This document shows, in pieces, positions 7,572 to 16,852 of a stretch of DNA of 30,590 bases (position 1 is the first letter of the stretch; the number at the start of each line of letters is the position of its first letter). The translations under genes were made by a program, and so were the position numbers. The notes beneath the pieces were generated by a model. That model was not told where the DNA came from. It made no database searches and saw nothing but the letters and a program-made list of their open reading frames with translations. Source of the stretch: a virus (lineage: Duplodnaviria; Caudoviricetes); the IMG/VR virus record IMGVR_UViG_3300046820_002629, positions 1-30,590 of that record; one strand, written 5' to 3'.

Positions 7572-9356
7572 ATGAGTCAAAAAATAGAACAATTAAAAGA
7601 ATATGCGCGCATAATAAAAGATACACCATATGCACTTAGAACATATCTGCAGACTTTTGATAACACACAAAAGAAATTTGTGCCGTTAGAATTGTTTCCT
7701 GATCAAATACAGTTGTTAAAAGATTATGAAACATATAATGAAAATATTACTAGAAAATATAGACAAGCCGGTGTTACAACAGTAACAGCAGCATGGTTAT
7801 CAAAAAAATTACAATTAGCAAAACCAGAAAATCCTGAAAGGGTTTTAATTATTGCAAACAAAAGAGACACCGCAATTGAGATGGCGAATAAGGTTCGTCA
7901 TTTCTTAGATCAATGGCCAGAATGGTTGAACGTGGGGTTCTCACCAGATAAAAACTCGGAGAGTAGATTTAGATTAAATAACGGATCAGAAGTAAAAGCC
8001 GTTGCAACATCTGCGGATGCTCTTCGTGGTTTTACACCTACGGTACTTGTATTTGACGAGGCTGCATATATTGAGGCCGGAGAAGACTTCTGGGCGGCTT
8101 CTATGGCGTCTTTGTCTACCGGTGGTAAGATTATATTAATTTCAACACCAAACGGTTATGATCCAATTTATTATGGTGTTTATGAACAAGCAATTAGAGG
8201 TATAAATGATTTTCATATTACTGATTTAAGATGGTTTAAAGATCCAAGATATACTAAAGACTTAGTATGGGTTAAAGTACCAGATATTGTACATTACATG
8301 TTAAATAGAGAGCAGTATAATGATGATGAGGTTCTATTAAAAGAATTTGATTTAACAAAGTATAATGAACTATTAGATGCTGGTTATCAACCATATTCAT
8401 CTTGGTTTGAATCAATGTCTAAAAAATTCAAATATGATAAAAGAAAAATCGCACAAGAGCTTGAATGTGACTTCTTAGGATCTGGTGATAGTGTTATTCC
8501 AAACGAAACAATGGAAAAAATCGCCAAAAACATGATTAAACAACCGAAAGAAAAATACATGCAAGGGTTACTTTGGCAATGGAAGGAGCCAGAACAAGGT
8601 CATAGATATATTATGGGGGTTGATGTTAGTAGAGGTGATAGTGATGACTTTTCAGCAATAAACATTGTTGATTTTGATGGTAGAGAACAGGTTCTTGAAT
8701 ATGTTGGTAAGATGCCACCAGATGATTTAGCATCTGTTGCATATAAATGGGGTATATTATATGACGCGTTTATTGTTATTGATATTACTGGAGGTATGGG
8801 TGTTGCAACATCAAGAAAGTTACAAGAGTTGGGGTATAAAAATTTATTTATAGATGGGATTAATACAAAAAATGTTTGGGAATATAATGCCAAAGCAATG
8901 GAAAAAATACCTGGTATTAATTTTAATAATAAAAGAACACAAATTGTTGCTGCATTCGAGGAACAATTGAGACATGATTTTGCTGTTAGATCAAATAGAT
9001 TATTAAATGAACTTAATACATTCGTTTATATCAACGGTAAACCAGATCACATGAAAGGCGCTCATGATGACGCAATTATGAGTATAGCAATAGCATTGTA
9101 TGCTGGAGACATTTCTTTTACACAACTAGTAAGAAACGAACAACAAAATAAAGCGATGCTTGAGTCTTGGGTTATGTCCGAAAGAACATATCAAGCACCA
9201 CAAACAGAAAACTATTCATATGGTACAAGTTTTGACCAAGTTGGTATGATGCAGATCGATAGTTCACCATATGCTAAGAGTAGTAGTTCTCAGCCAGCAA
9301 AAGAACAATATCAACAGTATAACTGGTTGTTCGGTACAAATAAAAAGGCTTTATAA
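7572..9356 (+). CDS. terL: Large terminase subunit (T4 gp17-like)
   Basis: LFPDQ Q-motif; Walker A-like KYRQAGVTT; Walker B VLVFDEAAYI; ISTPNG; QELECDF; RNase H-like GVDVSRG and HDDAIMS. Start moved to ATG 7572 because the track's GTG at 7536 lies inside the terminator hairpin. Confidence 0.93.
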   Translation: MSQKIEQLKEYARIIKDTPYALRTYLQTFDNTQKKFVPLELFPDQIQLLKDYETYNENITRKYRQAGVTTVTAAWLSKKLQLAKPENPERVLIIANKRDTAIEMANKVRHFLDQWPEWLNVGFSPDKNSESRFRLNNGSEVKAVATSADALRGFTPTVLVFDEAAYIEAGEDFWAASMASLSTGGKIILISTPNGYDPIYYGVYEQAIRGINDFHITDLRWFKDPRYTKDLVWVKVPDIVHYMLNREQYNDDEVLLKEFDLTKYNELLDAGYQPYSSWFESMSKKFKYDKRKIAQELECDFLGSGDSVIPNETMEKIAKNMIKQPKEKYMQGLLWQWKEPEQGHRYIMGVDVSRGDSDDFSAINIVDFDGREQVLEYVGKMPPDDLASVAYKWGILYDAFIVIDITGGMGVATSRKLQELGYKNLFIDGINTKNVWEYNAKAMEKIPGINFNNKRTQIVAAFEEQLRHDFAVRSNRLLNELNTFVYINGKPDHMKGAHDDAIMSIAIALYAGDISFTQLVRNEQQNKAMLESWVMSERTYQAPQTENYSYGTSFDQVGMMQIDSSPYAKSSSSQPAKEQYQQYNWLFGTNKKAL

Positions 9357-9389
9357 TTACATAAAAATTGATTAGATTAAATACAATAG

Positions 9390-9397
9390 TATTTATA
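9390..9397 (+). promoter_or_regulatory. Putative late promoter motif TATTTATA, 4 nt before the portal ATG
   Basis: TATTTATA-TAGT-ATG. Confidence 0.65.
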
Positions 9398-9401
9398 TAG
9401 T

Positions 9402-11207
9402 ATGGCGAATCAAGATTTGACAGTTTTTCAGAAATTAACCAAGATATTTGGTTTTCAAAACAGTGGGGCACAGAATCCACCGTCATTTAACTTTTCAAGA
9501 GAAGAGTTATTGAAAACAGATGATCCGGTTGAGTTTGAAAAAGCAAAATTACAAGCACAACAATCACAGTTCCTTTTTGACAAATGGGCTAAGTTGGATA
9601 ATTCATTATACAATCAATCTGTATATTATGAACCAAACAGACTTGCGGCTTATTATGACTATGAATCTATGGAGTTTACTCCAGAAGTATCAGCAGCGTT
9701 AGATATCTATGCTGAGGAGTCAACAACAATGTCAGAAAAAGGATATATTTTAAATGTTTATTCTGAATCTAAAAGAGTTAAAAATGTATTGGTAGATTTA
9801 TTTGAAAATAGATTAGATATTAATACAAATTTACAAATGTGGGCCAGAAACGTATGTAAGTATGGTGACAACTTTGTTTATTTAAAAAGTGATCCTGAAA
9901 GAGGTATTGTTGGGTGTCATCAATTACCTAATATTGAGATAGAAAGAATTGAAGGTGCACAATCAAAAACACCAAACATGAGTGACATAAAATCCCCGAT
10001 TCGCGAATTGAGATTTGCATGGAAAAATAGGGATATGGAATTTCAATCTTGGGAACTTGCACATTTTAGGCTATTAGGTGATGATAGAAAGTTACCATAT
10101 GGTACTTCTATGTTAGATAAGATTAGAAGAATTTGGAAACAACTTTTACTCGCTGAAGATGCTATGTTGATTTATAGAACATCAAGGGCACCAGAAAGAC
10201 GTGTGTTTAAAATATTTGTTGGAAATATGGATGATAAAGATATCGAACCATATGTACAACGTGTTGCAAATAAATTTAAAAGAGATCAGGTTGTCGATAG
10301 TAGAAATGGTCAGGTAGATATGAGATACAATCAGATGGCTGTAGATCAAGATTACTTTATACCTGTTCGTGATCCGGCTGCACCAAGTCCTATTGAAACA
10401 CTAGCTGGCGCACAAAACTTAGGTGAGATCGCGGATATTGAATACATCCAAAAGAAATTATTAGCTGCTCTTCGTATTCCCAAGGCGTTCTTAGGTTTTG
10501 AAGAAGTTGTTGGTGATGGTAAGAATCTCGCATTAATGGATATTCGTTTTGCTAGAACAATTAATAGAATACAAAAATCATTAGTACAAGAGTTAAATAA
10601 AATAGCTTTAATTCATTTATACCTTTTAGGTTTAGAGGATGAATTAGAAAACTTTACATTAGGTCTAACTAACCCATCATCTCAATCAGATTTATTAAAG
10701 ATTGAGCAATGGAAAGAAAAGGTTACCTTATATAAAGACGCAACATCAGATCAATCACAAGTTGGTATTTTACCAGTGTCACATACGTGGGCTAAGAAGA
10801 ATATCCTCGGTATGAGTGATAATGAAGTATTGTTAGATTTACAACAACAACGTATTGAAAGAGCTATGGGTGCCGAATTACAAAACACATCACAGATAAT
10901 TAAAAGATCTGGTGTGTTTGATGAAGTGGATAGTAAATATGGTATACCAGAAGAGGAAAGAGCTAAAATAGAAGCACAAGCGCCAGAAGGTGGTGACGAG
11001 GGTGCGTTAGGTGGTGGAATACCAACCCCTAGTCCAGCTCCATCAGGTGGTGAAGCTTCTGAACCATTAAGTGAACAAAAGAAATTTAAAAAAATAAATA
11101 GTGTTTTAGGTGAGTCTCAAGAAATGAACGATTTATTTGATCTTGAAAAGGCACAGAAGAATATTTATGAAATAGAGAATAAATTGAACGACATTTTAAA
11201 CGATTAA
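9402..11207 (+). CDS. Portal protein (T4 gp20-like)
   Basis: YESMEFTPEVSAALDI; WKQLLLAEDAMLIYRTSRAPERRVFKIFVGNM; DYFIPVR; IETLAGAQNLGEIADIEY; located between terminase and protease. Confidence 0.93.
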   Translation: MANQDLTVFQKLTKIFGFQNSGAQNPPSFNFSREELLKTDDPVEFEKAKLQAQQSQFLFDKWAKLDNSLYNQSVYYEPNRLAAYYDYESMEFTPEVSAALDIYAEESTTMSEKGYILNVYSESKRVKNVLVDLFENRLDINTNLQMWARNVCKYGDNFVYLKSDPERGIVGCHQLPNIEIERIEGAQSKTPNMSDIKSPIRELRFAWKNRDMEFQSWELAHFRLLGDDRKLPYGTSMLDKIRRIWKQLLLAEDAMLIYRTSRAPERRVFKIFVGNMDDKDIEPYVQRVANKFKRDQVVDSRNGQVDMRYNQMAVDQDYFIPVRDPAAPSPIETLAGAQNLGEIADIEYIQKKLLAALRIPKAFLGFEEVVGDGKNLALMDIRFARTINRIQKSLVQELNKIALIHLYLLGLEDELENFTLGLTNPSSQSDLLKIEQWKEKVTLYKDATSDQSQVGILPVSHTWAKKNILGMSDNEVLLDLQQQRIERAMGAELQNTSQIIKRSGVFDEVDSKYGIPEEERAKIEAQAPEGGDEGALGGGIPTPSPAPSGGEASEPLSEQKKFKKINSVLGESQEMNDLFDLEKAQKNIYEIENKLNDILND

Positions 11208-11209
11208 AA

Positions 11210-11959
11210 ATGAACAAATTCGGAGCTATTAAAACCAAAATGTTAACTAAAATAACAGAATCTTATTCTAAACAAAATAAGAATGAAGTAAGAGATATGT
11301 TAAACACAATTAAAGAAAACAAAGCATTTAAAGAAATGTATTTGTTTTATGAAGAAATTGAGAATAAATATTTTGATAATAAAGAAATTGCGAAATTATA
11401 TGTTGAGGGATTAAACACTTATTTTAGCCAACCAATGGGTAATTGGAACGATTTAAATATGTTTTGTGAGTCATTACATAATAAATTAAGTGATGTTAAA
11501 ATAGAAACTAACGAGTTATATGAGTCTTTAGATATATTATCTGAAAAAGATTCATTATCAAACATTGAAAAAAAGGTTATTGCAAAAAAGAAATTAGTTG
11601 AACACCTAACAACAAAAAAGTCAGTAAAAGCGATTGTTGAGGATAGTACATATACAGCAAATGAAAATTTGTTACATGCGGTGTTGGTAAATAATTTTAA
11701 TACATTATATGAGAATACTTTATCTCAAGAAGATAAAGAAGCACTTAAAAATATTTTAGAATTAAACGGTGAAGATTTGGTGGTGAGGACCAAGGAATTA
11801 AAAGAAACTATTTTAAATAAGGTAGAGAATATTTTATCAGAATCAAAGGATGGAGATTTAGGTGACAAGCTTCAATCAGTTAAGAATGAGGTGAACACCA
11901 TGGAGCTATCAAAATACAATTATTACAGATTAACACAATTAAAAAATGGTCTTGATTAA
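11210..11959 (+). CDS. Hypothetical helical protein of the head module
   Basis: 249-aa ORF starting 2 nt after the portal stop; TATTTATG at 11162-11169 upstream. Confidence 0.8.
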   Translation: MNKFGAIKTKMLTKITESYSKQNKNEVRDMLNTIKENKAFKEMYLFYEEIENKYFDNKEIAKLYVEGLNTYFSQPMGNWNDLNMFCESLHNKLSDVKIETNELYESLDILSEKDSLSNIEKKVIAKKKLVEHLTTKKSVKAIVEDSTYTANENLLHAVLVNNFNTLYENTLSQEDKEALKNILELNGEDLVVRTKELKETILNKVENILSESKDGDLGDKLQSVKNEVNTMELSKYNYYRLTQLKNGLD

Positions 11960-11975
11960 CTAAGACCATTTTTTA
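11940..11975. terminator. Bidirectional intrinsic terminator overlapping two convergent stop codons
   Basis: TAAAAAATGGTCTT-GATTAACT-AAGACCATTTTTTA: perfect 14-bp inverted repeat that gives a U-tract on both strands. Confidence 0.75.
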
Positions 11976-12147
11976 GTTTTTCCACATAAATAGCTTTTAA
12001 TACTTCAGCTCTTCTTTTAACTGAAGGTTTAACAAATTCTTGTCTTTCCCTTAGTTGTATAATCTGTTTAGTTCTTTGAACTTTACTTTTGTAGGTCTTT
12101 AGAGCACTTTCGATGCTCTTTTCTTTTTTCATGTCAATTATTATCAT
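11956..12147 (-). CDS. rpsU: Phage-encoded 30S ribosomal protein bS21
   Basis: MIIID...SIESALKTYKSKV...LRERQEFVKPSVKRRAEVLKAIY: S21 signature with the Bacteroidetes-type KAxY C-terminus. Confidence 0.92.
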   Translation of the reverse strand: MIIIDMKKEKSIESALKTYKSKVQRTKQIIQLRERQEFVKPSVKRRAEVLKAIYVEKLKNGLS

Positions 12148-12151
12148 AAAC

Positions 12152-12159
12152 TATAAATA
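12152..12159 (-). promoter_or_regulatory. Putative late promoter motif TATTTATA, 4 nt before the rpsU ATG
   Basis: Minus strand TATTTATA-GTTT-ATG; a second minus-strand copy lies at 12221-12228. Confidence 0.6.
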
Positions 12160-12246
12160 TTTTTGTTTTATTTTTTGGAAAATTAAGAATTTTTTCTTAT
12201 TTTTTACTATATCACCATAATATAAATAAAATTATGAAAAAAATTA

Positions 12247-12675
12247 ATGAAAATTGGAAAATTTATTCCACTAGGAGACCACAAGGATGTTAAAGTTGGT
12301 TATGGAACAGTAGATTTTAAGAATCTAAAAACCGTTTATATAAAAATGAACGCATGGGTAGAACCCGATAATGAAAATGAAGACTTTGATAAAACAATAT
12401 CTAGGACAAGAAAAAAGATAAAAGACTTCATAAGAGACTATGACTTAGGGGAAAACTTTAAAAGAGAAAGTATTGTTGATCTTGATATTAGAACTAAAGG
12501 TATAAAGTTAAATAAAAGATCGTTTATGAATTTAGAGGTTACCCTGTTCGTAGACAAATTTTTTGATGTTAAAGCTAATTTTATGAAAAGTTTAATGAAA
12601 AATTTCATTCATGAGTCAATTGACACCTGTTTAGCCGATAAAACATTATTCAATTTTAATAAAACTAAGATTTGA
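12247..12675 (+). CDS. Hypothetical protein
   Basis: 142-aa ORF divergent from rpsU (YGTVD, IVDLDIR, KRSFMNLEVTL). Confidence 0.8.
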   Translation: MKIGKFIPLGDHKDVKVGYGTVDFKNLKTVYIKMNAWVEPDNENEDFDKTISRTRKKIKDFIRDYDLGENFKRESIVDLDIRTKGIKLNKRSFMNLEVTLFVDKFFDVKANFMKSLMKNFIHESIDTCLADKTLFNFNKTKI

Positions 12676-12689
12676 TTTAATTATCCTTG

Positions 12690-12697
12690 TATTTATA
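12690..12697 (+). promoter_or_regulatory. Putative late promoter motif TATTTATA
   Basis: Intergenic, 21 nt before the protease ATG. Confidence 0.6.
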
Positions 12698-12718
12698 TGG
12701 TATATTAATATATCATAA

Positions 12719-13408
12719 ATGAAAGTATTAGGGCCTAATGAATCTGGTAGAGGGATTTTGATTGAATATGACGCAGGACATATATCACCAGAAGAATTAA
12801 AAAACAAAAACATAATAACAGAAATACAGAATAAGGATACTGATCAAGACCTTATTCTGTATGCTGTTTTACAAAAATATGATACCCCAAATAAGAACGG
12901 AAGAATATATCCGGAAATGTTACTTAAAAGGGAAAATGAAAAGTATCAACAAATAATCAGAAAAGGTTCGGCTCTTAACGAACTTAATCACCCATCATCA
13001 TCACTTATTGATTTAGATAGAGTTTCCCACACAATTACAGAAACGTGGTGGGATGGTAAAACTTTAATGGGTAAAATCAAAATATTAACGTCACCAGGTT
13101 GGAAGAAAATGGGTATTGTTAGCTGTAAAGGTGACCAAGCCGCTATGTTACTTCTAAATGGTGTTACTTTAGGTATCTCCTCAAGAGGTGTTGGATCATT
13201 AAAACAAATAAAGGGACAAAATATTGTACAAGAAGATTTTGAACTAGTTTGTTTTGATTTAGTATCATCACCATCAACGCCAGGTGCTTACGTTTTTCAA
13301 GATATTGCTGACAAGGATAAATTTAACGAAACTGTTGAAGAAAAATCCACATTAGATGATAGAATGAAAAAATTGATGGGTAATATAGATAGTTTCCTTA
13401 AAAGATAA
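12719..13408 (+). CDS. Prohead core protease (T4 gp21-like)
   Basis: PNKNGRIYP, ALNELNHP (His), LDRVSH, LGISSRGVGS (Ser), FDLVSSPSTPGA. Confidence 0.93.
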   Translation: MKVLGPNESGRGILIEYDAGHISPEELKNKNIITEIQNKDTDQDLILYAVLQKYDTPNKNGRIYPEMLLKRENEKYQQIIRKGSALNELNHPSSSLIDLDRVSHTITETWWDGKTLMGKIKILTSPGWKKMGIVSCKGDQAAMLLLNGVTLGISSRGVGSLKQIKGQNIVQEDFELVCFDLVSSPSTPGAYVFQDIADKDKFNETVEEKSTLDDRMKKLMGNIDSFLKR

Positions 13409-13472
13409 TTAATAAAACGAGAAAAAACCATCTTTTTTGATATTGAAAAAGAGATTTTTTTGATTATACACA

Positions 13473-13480
13473 TATTTATA
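13473..13480 (+). promoter_or_regulatory. Putative late promoter motif TATTTATA for the scaffold/capsid operon
   Basis: Intergenic, 20 nt before ATG 13501. Confidence 0.6.
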
Positions 13481-13500
13481 TAATAAATCAAATAAAACAA

Positions 13501-14688
13501 ATGAGCGAAAAATCGATTTTAGAACAAGCACTACTTCAAGTTAATACACTTGAAGAAGCAGTAAAGCAAAATGCAAAAGGTATACTTTCTTCAGTAATGA
13601 AGCAAGAACTAAACGAATTGCTTAAAGAATCAGAAGAAGAGGGTGATGCTGAAGTTAACGCTGAAGTAGGCCCTGAAGAAGAGGAGTCACAAGATATGTC
13701 TGAGCAGCCAGCAGATGATGAAGATGCAGCTGATGAAGATGATGATGAAATCCCCTCAATAAATGATGAACCATCAAAAGATATCGATGGTGAAGAATCA
13801 GATATGGAAGACGATGAGTTTTCTGATGATGAAGCGCCAGAAGATGATGAGTTTTCGTCTATGGATATGCCATCAGATGATGACGACACATTAGACATGA
13901 CAGGGGCCGCAGATGATGAGGTTCTTAAAGTGTTTAAAGCTATGTCAGATGAAGACGGTATTATCGTTAAAAAAGACGGTAACCATGTTGAACTTTCAGA
14001 TGGTGATGATGAGTATATCATCAAATTAGACGAATCTGATTTTTCATCTGAAGACGAAATGTCTGAAGAATGGAATGAAGAGAAGGAAATGGATGATGAA
14101 ACAATCTATGAAATCGAGTTAGATGATGAGCCAGAATCTGAAGAGGAAATGTCTGAAGAAGATATGCCTGCTGAAGAAGAGGTTGATGAAGCTGCTCGCA
14201 CTAAGTGGAATGTACACGGTGGTGATAGAGCAGGTTTGAAGAGCAAAAAAGTTTTTGCAGCTGGTGCTAAGCATGAATCAAAGCAAGCATCAAAAGCAAT
14301 TAACGAAGAAGTTGAAAATCTTAGAAAACAAAACGGCGAATATAAAAAAGCGTTAGTTATGTTTAAAGATAAATTAAACGAAGTTGCTGTTTTCAATGCT
14401 AACCTTGCTTACGCTACAAGATTATTCACAGAACATTCAACAACAAAACAGGAGAAATTGAATATTTTAAAGAGATTTGATTCAATTTCAACTATAAACG
14501 AATCTAAAAATCTATACAATTCTATTAAAGCAGAATTAGACACTAAAAAACCAGTGACTGAGGCTGTTGTTGATAAAATTGCTAATACAGCGTCAACATC
14601 TTCTTCTCAAGAAGTTTTATCTGAGTCAAAAGCTTATGAAGCCCCTCAGTTCAAGAGAATGAGAGATTTGATGAGTAAATTAAAATAA
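13501..14688 (+). CDS. Prohead core/scaffold protein (gp22-like)
   Basis: Located between protease and major capsid protein; extremely acidic central region and coiled-coil C-terminus (LNEVAVFNANLAY). Confidence 0.8.
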   Translation: MSEKSILEQALLQVNTLEEAVKQNAKGILSSVMKQELNELLKESEEEGDAEVNAEVGPEEEESQDMSEQPADDEDAADEDDDEIPSINDEPSKDIDGEESDMEDDEFSDDEAPEDDEFSSMDMPSDDDDTLDMTGAADDEVLKVFKAMSDEDGIIVKKDGNHVELSDGDDEYIIKLDESDFSSEDEMSEEWNEEKEMDDETIYEIELDDEPESEEEMSEEDMPAEEEVDEAARTKWNVHGGDRAGLKSKKVFAAGAKHESKQASKAINEEVENLRKQNGEYKKALVMFKDKLNEVAVFNANLAYATRLFTEHSTTKQEKLNILKRFDSISTINESKNLYNSIKAELDTKKPVTEAVVDKIANTASTSSSQEVLSESKAYEAPQFKRMRDLMSKLK

Positions 14689-14721
14689 TAAAAAAAAACT
14701 AAAACCAAAAAAAATACTAAA

Positions 14722-16455
14722 ATGGGAGCATTATTAGAATCAGGTATGGTAGGTAACATCGGTCTTAAGCACCTTCGTGTTATCAAAGAAGATACCATCA
14801 AAAAATGGGATGACTTAGGATTCCTAGAAGGCCTAGACGGTCACCAAAAAGATAACATCGCGCAATTGTATGAAAACCAAGCGTCTTATTTAATCAACGA
14901 AGCAGCAGTTTCTGATGCTTCTGGTTCTTTCGAGACTGTGGTATTCCCAATTATCCGCCGTGTATTCTCTAAATTATTAGCAAACGATATCGTTTCTGTA
15001 CAAGCTATGAACTTACCAATTGGTAAATTATTCTACTTCGTACCTAAAATCCAAGAAAGACAATCTAACGCACACAGAACACCATTCGGTATGCCAGGTA
15101 ACAATGACGCATCTACTTTAGGTTATGAAACTGGTACTACAGATCCAAGAAGTCTTTATGACCGTTTCTACGAAGCAAATGATGCAGCTGATGCTGGTAT
15201 CTATGATTATTCTAAAGGAGCTTTCTCTGCTGTAACTATCAGCGGTGCTTCAGTTGTAACTTTCGCTAATGGCGCAGTTTCTGATGTAACTAACGCTTCT
15301 TTAACTGGAACTTCTCAATCTTCATTGATTCTTAAGTTCTCTGGTTTCACAAAAGATGGCCAAGGTAAATTAATTGGACCTAACGGTTCTGTAATGGATA
15401 CTGAAGAATTCTTAGCTTCAGCTGTAGTTAACTACTCTGGTGTTGCAAGAAACTTCAACATTGTTACACAAAAATATGGTAAGGGTATCGTTGAGTATGG
15501 TGCTAAATCAACTACTGCAACATATCCTTCTGGAAGATTCCAAGATATTTGTGATGAAGAAGGTACAATCTATGTACAAGTAGATTTACAAGGTTATTCA
15601 TCAACTTCTGGTTTCTCTAACTTAACTTTACCTTCAGGTTTCACTGCTGATAAAGTAACTTTAGTTTTCAGAACTTATGATACCTTAGAATTCGAAGATC
15701 AAATTGGTGAAGTATCATTTGACCTTGCTTCAGTAACAGTTTCTGTAACTGAAAGAAAATTAAGAGCTAGCTGGTCTCCAGAATTAGCACAAGACGTTTC
15801 TGCGTTCCATAACATCGATGCTGAAGCTGAATTAACAGCTTTATTATCTGAGCAAATTGCTGCTGAGGTTGACCGTGAAATTTTACGTGACCTTAGAAAA
15901 GGTGCTGCTTGGACTGCTAAGTGGGATTACAACGAGTGGAAATACGGTGCTACTGGAAACACTCCGTTCATGGGTTATACTCAAAAGGATTGGAACCAAA
16001 CTTTGGTTACTAAAATCAACCAAATTTCAGCTCAAATCCATAAGACTACATTAAGAGGTGGTGCTAACTGGATCGTTGTATCTTCAGAAGTTTCTGCTGT
16101 ATTCGATGATTTAGAATATTTCCACGTATCTAATGCTGGTCCTGAGCAAGACTCATACAACATGGGTATTGAGAAAGTAGGTACACTTGCTGGACGTTAC
16201 CAAGTATACCGCGATCCATATTTACCAGCTGGTAAAATTTTGATCGGTCACAAAGGTAAGTCATTATTGGATGCTGGTTATATCTACGCACCTTACGTGC
16301 CGTTACAATTAACTCCAACAATGTACAATCCATTTAACATGACACCTATCAAAGGTATCATGACAAGATACGCGAAGAAAATGGTTAACAACCGTTACTT
16401 CGGTCTGATCAACGTAAGTGGTTTACAAACTTTCGATATGAACACTTTAAGATAA
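14722..16455 (+). CDS. Major capsid protein (T4 gp23-like)
   Basis: FPIIRRVF...VSVQAMNLPIGKLFY; RKLRASWSPELAQDVSAFHNIDAEAELTALLSEQIAAEVDREI; YIYAPYVPL; PIKGIMTRY. Strong high-expression codon bias (TTC/AAC/ATC/GGT). Confidence 0.96.
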   Translation: MGALLESGMVGNIGLKHLRVIKEDTIKKWDDLGFLEGLDGHQKDNIAQLYENQASYLINEAAVSDASGSFETVVFPIIRRVFSKLLANDIVSVQAMNLPIGKLFYFVPKIQERQSNAHRTPFGMPGNNDASTLGYETGTTDPRSLYDRFYEANDAADAGIYDYSKGAFSAVTISGASVVTFANGAVSDVTNASLTGTSQSSLILKFSGFTKDGQGKLIGPNGSVMDTEEFLASAVVNYSGVARNFNIVTQKYGKGIVEYGAKSTTATYPSGRFQDICDEEGTIYVQVDLQGYSSTSGFSNLTLPSGFTADKVTLVFRTYDTLEFEDQIGEVSFDLASVTVSVTERKLRASWSPELAQDVSAFHNIDAEAELTALLSEQIAAEVDREILRDLRKGAAWTAKWDYNEWKYGATGNTPFMGYTQKDWNQTLVTKINQISAQIHKTTLRGGANWIVVSSEVSAVFDDLEYFHVSNAGPEQDSYNMGIEKVGTLAGRYQVYRDPYLPAGKILIGHKGKSLLDAGYIYAPYVPLQLTPTMYNPFNMTPIKGIMTRYAKKMVNNRYFGLINVSGLQTFDMNTLR

Positions 16456-16473
16456 TCTTAAACTAATCATAGT

Positions 16474-16504
16474 AAAAACCCTCACAGAAATGTGGGGGTT
16501 TTTT
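16474..16504 (+). terminator. Intrinsic terminator after the major capsid gene
   Basis: AAAAACCCTCACA-GAAA-TGTGGGGGTTTTT-T: GNRA loop, one G-U pair, U-tract. Confidence 0.88.
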
Positions 16505-16521
16505 ATTTTTATAAAATTTCG

Positions 16522-16529
16522 TATATTTG
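16522..16529 (+). promoter_or_regulatory. Bacteroidetes-type -7 element TATATTTG
   Basis: Exact TAnnTTTG match 5 nt before ATG 16535; no clear -33 TTTG. Confidence 0.5.
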
Positions 16530-16534
16530 TGTTT

Positions 16535-16852
16535 ATGGGTGAAATTGTTGACTATAGTAAACTTAGATTAGATGTCCTTGAAAAGATGATATACCAACGA
16601 GGTATTGATTGTAAAATGAAAAAGGATGAGATGATAAAGGTTCTTAAGCTATATGACGAGGGTAAGTATGTAGAACCTATGTTGGAAACAACTTATGATA
16701 AATGTGACGGGGGATTTACTATAGGAATAGATTTAAGAAATCATACACAACTGGTACAAATGGGTAAATTGGTTGAAAAAAAAGAAGGTAAGAGTCTACA
16801 TAGGTTTTCTTCCGGTAGAGCCTACTACTGGGGCCCAAATAAGCTTATTTAA
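16535..16852 (+). CDS. Small protein with an N-terminal Rho-N/HeH/SAP-like helical motif
   Basis: DYSKLRLDVLEKMIYQRGI...KKDEMIKVL resembles helix-extension-helix nucleic-acid-binding motifs. Start moved from 16490, which is inside the terminator, to the in-frame ATG at 16535. Confidence 0.65.
   Translation: MGEIVDYSKLRLDVLEKMIYQRGIDCKMKKDEMIKVLKLYDEGKYVEPMLETTYDKCDGGFTIGIDLRNHTQLVQMGKLVEKKEGKSLHRFSSGRAYYWGPNKLI

Noticed and set aside
12221-12228. Plus-strand TATAAATA as a canonical T4 late promoter for ORF 12247
   Set aside because: In this divergent gap it is equally the minus-strand TATTTATA facing rpsU, and all other sites use that orientation.
12234-12249. Upstream ATG plus an A7 run one base out of frame with ORF 12247 (possible slippage or homopolymer error)
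   Set aside because: It would add only four residues and the in-frame ATG at 12247 is sufficient. Cannot be judged without reads.
13421-13461. Imperfect A/T-rich inverted repeat after the protease gene
   Set aside because: The stem is nearly all A-T with bulges, too weak to call a terminator.
13536-14396. Ser-rich minus-strand ORFs (also 4696-4977)
   Set aside because: Poly-Ser arises from the reverse complement of GAT/GAA-rich acidic coding sequence.
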